From Azolla caroliniana (taxonomy: Eukaryota > Plantae > Polypodiophyta), in the NCBI GenBank assembly GCA_043228905.1, contig JBHGNT010000017.1:3596001-3660000 (forward strand): a DNA stretch of 64,000 nucleotides, in the 5' to 3' direction. The translations under genes were made by a program, and so were the position numbers. Below are positions 37,732-48,200 of this stretch, one piece after another. Within the stretch, counting starts at the first letter, position 1; every line of letters begins with the position of its first letter. Under the pieces are notes generated by a model. That model was not told the DNA's origin, did no database searches, and saw only the letters and a list, made by a program, of their open reading frames with translations.

Positions 37732-40119
37732 TTAAGGACCATTCACAATATAGCTTTGGGCTATGCTAAGGGACTTGTGGATCCAAGCACCAAATATTGT
37801 ACCAAGGGGAGGAGCAACAATATATATCCAAACATCCTTATATGTATTAGTTAGGATTGCGGGTACCAAAGACCGAATGGGGTTCATCGATGCCCCCGAG
37901 ATTGGCCTAAAAATCATCAAGGAAGTTCATTATCCACTTTTTTTAGCATGCAACTAATTGAAACTCAAAACCCTAAAGATAGATCTAAATCTATTTTACC
38001 CCTTATATATGTTGTGAGGTTATGTAGATGACAAAGAGAGGTTATATTCATTAGAACCCCCGAGATTGGCCTAAAACTCATCAAGGAAGTTCATTATCCA
38101 CTTTTCTTAGCATGTGATTAATTGAACCTCAGTCCTCAAAACCCTAAAGATGGATCTAAATTTATTTTACCCCTTGTATATATTGATACGTAGGTTATAT
38201 TCATTAGAACCCCCAAGATTGGCCTAAAACTCATCAAGGAAGTTCATTATACACTTTTCTTAGCATGCGATTAATTGAACCTCGGTCCTCAAAACCCTAA
38301 AGATGAACCTAAATTTATTTTACCCCTTGTATATATTGATACGTTATGTAGATGAGACAAAGAAGTTATATTCATTAGAGTACATTGATGAATTCAAAGT
38401 CTAACTTTTAATGATTTTAGACTTGAGTTTTGGGTTGTATGTTACCAAATAATCACGATGTTCAAGGCAATTGCTATTGTGATAGCAATTGCTGCATTCA
38501 AGCCTGCCTGCGCAAGAACATTGAAACCAAACACAACTAAGATTGATGTCTTTTAATTAGTTATGGAAGTCTAGCAAAAGTTACACACGTAAAAGCAAGT
38601 TACTATAAGATTACCACATGACCATCGGTGGACACTGAGCACGCCAACAACATGAATTGCATTGCAGAAACAAACTCGGCGATGAACGATTTGGCTAATG
38701 TGGATTGCGGCGTAGTTAGCACAAGATCCAAGGAAACATCATAGATGTGCCTTGCTATAACACTTCCTAAGAGTCCTCCAATTAATTGTCCAAGCACATA
38801 AAATGGAACCTACATAAACATGCTCTAACTTTGTTAATACTAAAACCCAATCACATAAATGTAAGTGTCCTTATATATGATATAACATTAGTAGAAATGT
38901 TGTCTTTGGTGATCATATAACATCTATGTGCCCATTTTAGTGGATTTCACAATAATGAGTACACTCTTTGAGTTCAAACTTAAAGAAGCTAAAGGGTAAC
39001 AACGAATCCATGGACTCCTACATGTTATTTGGTTTCGATTTCTTGAGACCATATTTATCAATGGTCACGAAACTTTGTGTACATATAATCACCTGAATCC
39101 ATGGGAACTTTCCAATACTTGCAAATCCTATTGTGACTGACGGGTTCACATGGGAACCTGAGATATGCCCAATGGAAAAGATAATAACCATGATTGAGAA
39201 GCCTGCCATTAAGCCATGCTCAACGAGATTCATATGGCCATTGTCCAAGTAATCTCCCATGGAAATTGCACATAAAAAGAACATGAGAAAGAAGCTCCCA
39301 ATTATTTCGCCAATAACCTTTGAAAATGCTATAACAATATAGTTAGTTTGTAATCACATTATGCGGTCTTCCTATAGATTTAGAAAATAATAACTAGTCT
39401 TTTAAAAAAGAAATGTTACAATAAAAACAACAAGAAGGTGATACAAGGCTTGAAATGCCGCATAGAGAGAAAGATTGATGAAAGTAACAAAAGGTAGATA
39501 TAATCACATGGACGATGAGTCACTGAATCATTATGTAGATACTCGAACAAGAAGATAAAAGAAGCAAAATAAGAGATTCCCTATGTTTGAATAAAAGAAG
39601 AAAAGTTCCGAGGAGGAGAAATATAGAGCTAAAGAAAAGTAAAAAAATTTGACATAGCCCATTCTTTAGTAAAACAAAATAGCTACACCTCAATATGATA
39701 CTCCATGCTCTTTGTCTAGTTGATATAGCGAGTTAAATCATTGTTACATGAGCTTCGCTATATGCAATCATAATCATGCTTTAGTTTTATTGTGTTATTT
39801 GTTGCACATTAGTTTTAATTTATTATTTGTGATTCGTTAATTAGTGTTCAATCCTAGATATCCTAGTGTAATTACACATTATTGTGGATAAATGATCAAA
39901 GTACATATCTTGTTTAACAAACAAATGATAAGAATTGAGCAACCAAGAAAGTTAATCACAAGTTCATACCTTAATAAAGATGGATGAAGCATTCTTGTGC
40001 TCATGTATGAAACATCTCCAAAATGCAAGATTTTTAATGGAATGTTGCTTATTAGAGTAGTTAATGAGAGTGCTCTCGAGTTGGTGATGGGAATGTTCAT
40101 CCTCAATTTGCTCCATCAT
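37732..40119 (-). CDS. NIP aquaporin, subgroup II (NIP5/6/7-like, putative boric acid/glycerol channel), 5 exons, ~268 aa
   Basis: Exons 40119-39970, 39317-39093 (225 nt), 38809-38615 (195 nt), 38507-38446 (62 nt), 37906-37732. The internal exon sizes are the typical NIP ones, and the 807-nt frame is open. Motifs GHISGSHVNPSVT and SGASMNPIRS; ar/R filter read as A/I/A/R. Exon 1 is the least certain. Confidence 0.88.
37893..38379. repeat. Tandem triplication (~155-170 bp) of the NIP intron 4/exon 5 junction
   Basis: CCCCCRAGATTGGCCTAAAA..TCATCAAGGAAG...GTTATATTCATTAGA units start at 37893, 38057 and 38210. Confidence 0.92.
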
Positions 40120-41901
40120 GAAGCTATCACAAGCTAGCTTATAATAGTTGGAATATATTGGGAATAACCCACCACTCTTTATTCCTAACAATGTCTTTTA
40201 ACACCTAATCAAGCTAAAGCCTTATGCAACCAAAATAACCTAAAACAAACTTAATTGGACTACCGAATTGGTTACTTCGACAGATTTTGATCATTCAAAC
40301 AAACTAATAACTCAATTCGGAGTGCATTATGTCACTCCCACAATATACCTATTTATCATACATGTCGCAGTAACCTACTCAATCTTATTTAATCTTGCCT
40401 AAAGAGTAATCTTGATGAAACACATCGAGAGTCCCTATAGATCAAAAGACTTTTTATGTGTGGGGTGGTTGGTGTGGAAAATATGATTTCATTGCATAAG
40501 AGGGGTAGAAGAGTGAGTGCCCCTTACATTGGACATAAAAAGTTTGGAAGTGGTCGAGGACTCCTTCACAAATGTCACCATCAAAACAAAATGTTTTTGT
40601 TTCAATTATATTTGCTTATTCCGAAACTGAAATTTCATTCTTTTTGTATGGAACAAATTTCCACAACTATAACATTGCCCCCATTATATAAGTTGTTATG
40701 CACAAAATGTTCACCTAGACGCTACGAAGGTTTGGCATAAATATCCTTTGTGTGAAGTTGTTTCCATGAAAATATCAAGGTATCTTTATTTTACGTTGTA
40801 TCAACGATTTCAATCCATATCCATGAGTGCAACACATTATCATTTTAAAGAGAAATGTATGTTGCTGGCATTTGCACACATTTAACTCATTTCCTTAACA
40901 TTTGCGTGAAATGTTGTCGAGTAAAGAATTGTAGAAAATTTCGTTATTTGTTTCAATCTCAGGAGGTGGAAAAGATTGAATTGTATCCATAAAGAACAAC
41001 TATAAATATAAGATGTTTTTAGCATTTTGGTTGTTATTCCTATCATGCATAGGTGAATTAGACCCAAAGTTATTGTAATTAATCCAAACTAATGAACTAG
41101 TCACAACCACTTAATCTTAATAGTATCATCGATGCAAATATGTTTCAACACACACGTTTCTTAGAGACATTACTAGCTATAACCCATACCCACTCAAAAT
41201 TTGGGTAAAGCTTGTGCATATCCATTTTGTGTAGGAAACCTTTACACACTCATCATTCACAAACTATTGACATAGCTAAACATTCTTTCTTGTGTGTTAG
41301 TTTTACATGCCAAAAATTCTCGGTTTGACCTTTATAGTTTTCCATAACTACATTTTCATGTCCTTGATTGTGATTTGTGTGTATTGTACTGTCCCACACA
41401 TCTGATGACTAGTGTCGTAAGAAGGCACTCCAAGTTTATGCCACACCACATTCCTCCACATGGCCTGGATGTCGTAAGATATTGGGCAATAGTGGTTTGC
41501 AACATCATTTATGCATTCATTGTGGCTGAAGAAGCGGTCTACCTCATGGTTAAAAACACATAAAGACGTGAAGTGGAGATCATTACATAGCCTATTTGGT
41601 TTGGCTATTTCTCATTGTGATAACCATCTCCTCCTTTTCCCACCACACAATCTCCTCATAGAACTCACACCATTACATTCACACCATCGTCCAAAAGCTA
41701 TTTTCGGATGCAAATACATTGATGCTACAATCTTCTTATTCCTCCTTATTTCACCATTTAGAAACTTACATTGTACCCCCTACAATGATCCTAAACATCT
41801 CGCTAGTAGTCAATTATTTGTGTTGCTACGTCAACTTCCATAAGGGTCACTATGTTGAACCTTAGAAAACTTAATGTTCACATTAGGTAAAAAATAAATC
41901 T

Positions 41902-42675
41902 CATGCGACGTGAATTGGAAAAGTTGTGTGGGGGTCCTTATAAGGCCTAAAGTTAATAGGGGAAGGCTAGGTGGAACAGTTAAACCCACAAGGTCATGGA
42001 TTTATAATGCAAGGTGGTAGCATGTTCCAATTTGCTGGGTTGAGACATGGCTCAAACTCTGCATGTTGAGGAGATATGGATGATGGTGGCATGGTTACTG
42101 GTCTAACACATTTGGACTAGGCGCTCCAAGTTTGTTTTTCAACAGCAAAACCTCCCAAGTGGTGAGGTGTTGCAAAATATCTAGTTTGAGTTGGTATCCT
42201 GGCTATGCGGACGGTATGAGTTTATTCCGGGGGAATCGAACGAAGCAGAAATGGCAAGGTCAAAGTTTCTACTGAAACGGGGTGGTTCCCCAATGATGGT
42301 CAAATCTTCGACAACGCTTAAATGGAACTACCAAGCACCTAGGTGGCTGTTTCCGCCAATGGCTCCCATTAGAGAATCGTAGATGTAAATATGTATTGCT
42401 GCTATACAAGTAAGTTACCATAGTTGTGGTACCCGAATAACTTTGTTGTAAAAGAGTAGGTGGGATAATTTATTGTACATGAGGGGGTGGGGATTATGAC
42501 CAAATTTTTGGGGGGGGGGGGGGGGGGGGGAGGACAACGTGAGTTTTGCTGAATTTGTTGTTGTTTTGGGAGTTGTTGGATAGTTTGATCCCTCTAAGGT
42601 TAGGCCTTGTGGAACTTAATGTTTGAACTTTGTTGTATTTTGTTTGCTAACTAATGTGAAGCAATGTTTTTTTGG
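41902..42675 (+). mobile_element. 5'-truncated L1-type LINE, same family as the 43.1 kb copy and in the opposite orientation
   Basis: Collinear with the reverse complement of ~43150-43810 (EIWMMVA...WNYQAPRWLFPPMA). Shares the 3' end motif. G21 run at 42510-42530. Confidence 0.88.
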
Positions 42676-43130
42676 CAACTCACGATTGTTAACCAACTCA
42701 ATGGCTCACCCTTTACTAACAATCTCTCTTGCTTACTCCCTTCGGGATATATAATTCGTTTGCTCTATCACTCCAAATACATTGCAAAGTGGAAGCTATT
42801 CATGGTAAGTGACCAAATGTAAATTATCGACTTTGTTGTTAAAACTTTTTGTTATAGATGTACAAGTTTTTATATCCTAGTCATGTCCATTGTATTTGTC
42901 TCTTGTAATTTTGTCGAGTTTCTTTTTGTAGTTTTACACAATCCAAAACTTATTATATATTAGCTTAAACTTACAAAAATGTGAGATGGCAAGAAATTTA
43001 AAATGTTTTGAATCCAAGAAAATCCATCACCGCCTACAAGAAGAGAAATTATTGTAGATTGAGATAATGATAAAAACTCATGTTTAGAGTGTGAAATTAA
43101 ATTAGTAGAATAAACTTGTGCCATTTATAC

Positions 43131-45242
43131 TTTTTCTTGTTTTTTTTTTCCCAAAAAAAACACTACTTTGCATTAGTTAGCAAACAATTACATCATAGAC
43201 CACCAAAAATTCAGCAACCCTCACTCTGACCTTCTCATCAAAGTGGACATAGTCCCACCTCATTTACAACAAAAGTATCCACAACTTCTATAACCTAGTA
43301 ATTTGTACCATATCTATATATAGTTACAACACTTGGGCATTGATGGAAGCCATTGGGGGAAACAACCATCGGGGTGCTTGGTAGTTCCATTCAGGCCCTG
43401 ATGATGATATGCCCACCATAGGAGAACTACCCCATTTCAACAGGAACTTTGACCGAGCTCTTTCAGCTACATTAGATTCCCCCTTAATCGAGTCGTAACG
43501 TCCCTGCAACCAAGATACCAGCTCGAACCAGATATTTAACAACACCTCACCGCTAGGGATCTTTTGTTGTTGAAAAACAAACTTACAACGCCTGGTCCAA
43601 ATGTGCCAGACCAATAAACAAGCCACCATCATCCATATCTCTTCAAAAAATTCTAAGTTAGTGCCAGGTCGAACTCCACCATGTTGAAACACCTTGCCAC
43701 CCTGCACTATAAATCCATGATCATGGGGGTTTAACTGTTCAACCTAGCCTTCCCCTATTAACTTTAACCTCTGTATGGACCCCCATACCACTCTCCCATT
43801 CACGTCGCATGCTGCCACTATCTTGAGACTTCTACCCCAAATGTTAATAGCCTCTCCGCAATTCCAAATATAGTGAGGAATTGATTCCAAAGGGTGTCCA
43901 CATATCTTGCAACCAACCTCACCACCACTACATTTGCCACTCCCCCAATGGTACCACTTTATGACCAAGAAGCCACAACCAGAGCTTTATTTTTTCTGGC
44001 ATATTGAACGCCCATAGTCTCCTCCAAAACGACTTCAACAAGTCATCAGAAATGCCTTTATCCTTCCAACTATTGTGAGTTAGAGCAGCACCCATAGATT
44101 TGGAGCCAATGATTTGCCTTCGTAGCTTAGTAGCGTACTCGAAAAACCGTTCCACTTTGTCTGTTCCTGGTTTCTGCCACCACACCTCTAGTGGGTCCCG
44201 ATCCAACTCACATACGGGCTTGTTGTCAACTATCCAAAGCTTACAATCAGATTCTAGCTTCCCTGGGTCCGGGTTTACTTGCCACTTCTTACCTTCCAAC
44301 ACCACTCGCACTGCCAACCACTAGCCATTGTCTGCCAAAGCACATAGGTTGCCCCACAAACCATACTCATTAGAGGGGCACCTGCCCCAGATAATTTGTG
44401 CATCGCCCTCATCTACAAACCACCCAAACCAGACCCCCTCTTCTTCATTCAACCTAGCTAGACCATCAACAACCTTATCTATCAAATGGGTAACCTTTTT
44501 TAGCCTGCTAGTAAACCTAGTACTACCAACCAGACCCTCTTTTCTTTTCCTTTTGAAAACCTCCCAGTGTCTTACTGATGCCGTCCCAAGTCCACCTTGA
44601 TTTTTTTCCTTGATCAAACAACTCCAGGCCACTTTAACTGTCGTTGTCTCATGGTCTCTACCCGACCAAAGGAACTCTATCACCATTGCCTTAATATTTT
44701 TGATACAATCTTTATCTAACATCTAGCATGCCGAGTACCACATGGTGGCCAACAAAATGTGGTTTACCACAACCACTCTACCTGCAAGGGAAAGCTTTAT
44801 TGATGCCCATAACCTAAGCTTTTTTCTGATTTTGTTCGTCACTTCCTCAAGCTGATGATTTTTCTGAATCTCAACTCCCACCAAAAAGCCCAAATATTTA
44901 AAAGCCCTTCCATTAGGGACCCATTGAAAATCAACATTAGGGCATGAGTTCGGACTTACCCAAAACCCTCTACTTTTGTTCAAATTAATTTTCTCACCTA
45001 ATGCTTTACAGAACAGCTCAATCCGTTTTTCAGCCTGTTGTAAATTAGCATCATTGCCTTGTAGATAGAGCATAGTGTCATCTGCATAGTGTCCTTGCAA
45101 GCATGTGGGACAACCAATCCACGAATTCCTGCATCTGGTCTATTTAAAAAGAAAGAGAATGCCTCTGAAATAAATAAATAAAGATAGGGGGCCAACGGGC
45201 ACCCTTGCCTGATAGACCTGCATAATGGAATTGATGGGCCCT
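43131..45242 (-). mobile_element. L1-type LINE, 3' half (RT C-terminal part, zinc finger, 3' UTR, poly-A)
   Basis: SIRQGCPLAPYLY, HYADD, FKYLG, LSLAGRVVVVNHIL, QGGLG, CKICGHPLESIPHYIWNC. T-run on the + strand at 43131-43149 is the poly-A tail. Contains stops and frameshifts. Confidence 0.92.
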
Positions 45243-48200
45243 TGTTGATGTTAACGTGCGGAAGCGTTAGACAAAACCGGCTTAGCCAGATAACAATAGA
45301 GAATAAGATGAAGGTTTAATGGAGAAGCTTAATACACAGAGAATACGCGTGGGAGAGACAAAGATAGAGAGAGAGAGAGCAGAACATAAACTCTATTCAA
45401 AATAACACTCTAAAAACTCTCTATCTACATACAACGTGCTAAACAACACTATTTATACAAGTCCATAAAGGATTGACAGAAGTACTGACAGGTACTTCAA
45501 TATTCCTACGTGTGATTGACACTAACTACGAGACAATGATTACCTCGTAGTCTAGGCTACTACTAGGCTTTCAGTTCCCACTCAAATCCGGCTCTCCGAT
45601 ACCATCCGGATACCGATCCGGCTCATCCTTCTGGATGCCGATTCGGCTCAGGCTTCTTCAGCCGATCCGGATCCGGTTGAGCTTGCTCGCTCAACACTCC
45701 CCCTCAAGCTCAACTTGAGGTCGGATCGTGGTGTTAGTGTCCGTGGCAGCCGATCCTTCCACCCGACTCCTTCTGGCGTCGTCACGCTTGCTTGTGCTCC
45801 TCGTCCGGTCCGGTTTTGCTTCCCGCGACCCGTCTGGTACTGCGCGCCTCGATCTCCTCGATCGGCTTGTCTGCTCAACAGGTCCATTTCAGCTCCCTCG
45901 CTGTTGCGACTCCGGCGCTTGTTGACCCGTTGGTTCATTCGTGTTGGCGTCGACTTCCACTGCGTTTGTGTCCGCTTGGCCTTTAGTTGATCCAGCTTCT
46001 TTGAATCCATCAGTTGAAGCGAATTGGCTGTCTCCGATTCGTTCCTGCTTTTGTCCAAGTCAGTGTTCTCCAACTCGTCTTCCGGTTTCAGGCCCTTCAC
46101 CACATTAGACCATGTCCGGGTCCTAGCCTTCTCCTTCCGGTCGGCTCTGTCCTTCTTGACTCTACCACCGTTGCCGCTCATTCCGACTTGTTCGGATGTG
46201 CCAACTTCCTTCGTCGACTCGGCTTCCTTATTCCTCTTGTTTACCCCTTTGTTGGTTCTTTCTTCCTCTCCAACTCCTTGTCTGGTGGCATCTGTTCCCT
46301 TTCCTTTTCTCCCCCTCAAGTGCAGCACATCGAGATGCTGAACACCAAGCATTTTGGTGAAGTGCTGCAACTTGTCCAATCCGAGCGGTTTGGTGAAGAT
46401 ATCGGCAACTTGCCGATCCGTCTAAACATACCGAAGTTCAACTTCACCGCTCAAAACCCGCTCACCAAAGTGATCGTGGACTTCTATGTGCTTCGTTCGA
46501 GCATGGAACACGGGGTTCTTGGCGAGCTGTATGATGCTCATGTTGTCGCAGTAGATTAGGATGGGGGTCAACATCTCAATCCGGAGATCTCGCAGTAGTC
46601 TCCGAAGCCAGATGGCTTCATAGGTGGCGTTGGTAGTGCCTCGATACTCAGCCTCAGTGCTCGACAAAGCCATTGTTGGTTGCTTTTTCCTGCTCCACGA
46701 ACAACCGCACTACCTAGAGAAAACATGATCGGCGATCCGATGCATCACCGGCCCAGTCAACATCTGTATATCCGACAAGCTCTTCGGTTATACCATGCTG
46801 GTATAACAGTCCCCAATCCTTCGTGCTACTCACATACCGGAGTATCCAGGGTGCGCACTAAAGGTGCTCTACGGTTGGCTTTTGCATGAATTGGCTGATC
46901 ACACCGACCGGATAACTGATGTCGGGTCGGGTGATTGTCAAGTATATCAGGCTTCCGACAATCTGTCGAAACCGTTTCTCATCGCATGTTGGTCTGGAGT
47001 TGGGACAAAGCTTTTGGTTCCGATCTAGGGGTGTGGAGACAAGTCGGCGTTCTGTCATGCCGAACTTGTACATCATATTCAACACATAGTGTTGTTGTGA
47101 GATCAATATGCCGTTGGGTGTTCGGATCACCTCGATCCCAAGAAAATAATGAAGGTCCCCTTGACCGATTTCATTGAGTCCGGGACCGGTGATGTCTTAA
47201 TCATCAACATAAAGTAGGATGCAAACCGGACCGTTCGGACCTTGCCGGATGAAAAACGATGAGTTGGATTTAGAGGTCACAAACCCCATCTTACGCAACC
47301 GGAGCGTGATCTTCGCATTCCAAGCTCGGGGGGCTTGTTTCAGACCGTAAAGAGACTTCTTAAGCCAACACACTGCCGGCTTGTTCATCTCCGACTGAAA
47401 ACCAGGAGGTTGGATCATATAGACCCGTTCTTCAAGGTCACCTTGAAGAAACGCATTCTTCACGTCCATTTGGTGAAGATGCCACCCCCTTGCCATGGCA
47501 ACCGCCAGTACCACACGAACCATCATCATCTTCGCTACCGGAGCGAAGGTCTCGTCGTAGTCGATTCTGTGGGTTTGTGTGTATCCCTTCGCCACTAACC
47601 GGGCCTTGTACTGGTTAACCGAACCGTCGGCATTGTACTTTACCTTGTACACCCATTTGCAACCGATCGGTTTACAATGTCGGGGAGGGTCAACGAGGTC
47701 CCATGTGTCGTTGGCATTGATTGCCCACATTTCTTCCTCCATAGCGGCACGCCAATTTGCGTCCTTTGCTGCTTCTGCGTAGCTCTCCGGCTCACGCACT
47801 TCCGCCACTTTGTTCATGTACGCATAATGATGTGCCATGTACTCATTGTACCCGTACCGCGTAACGAGGTTCTTCTAACGGGATGACCGGTGTAACCTGT
47901 CATTACCCGGTTTGAGGCCCTTCTTGGCTGATTCAGACTTCCTTTCTAAAGATCCTCCTTCTTCCTTTCCAGAGTTGGATTCGCTCCGATCCGACTCAAC
48001 GTTGCCGGTTCCGTATTCCGGCATCTTCTTCTTCCCCTTCTCTTTGCGCGTGAACCGTCTCCCCGGTTCCTTGCACGGGGAGAGCATGGTGGAGTCTCCA
48101 CTACTCGCCAGCTCCTCATCCGACTAGTCATCTCGACTCAGCCGCTCATTTGGTCCACTTAGCCGGAATGAGATCGAACTCTCTTCTAGAGTGACGAGTT

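Noticed and set aside
6128-40119. Functional cluster of two E3 ligases plus a boron channel
   Set aside because: The genes are far apart, belong to large common families and share no visible regulatory signature, so co-location is not evidence.
42510-42530. G21 run as a functional G-quadruplex
   Set aside because: It lies in a dead LINE 3' UTR and is absent from the sister copy, so homopolymer expansion or a sequencing artefact is more likely.
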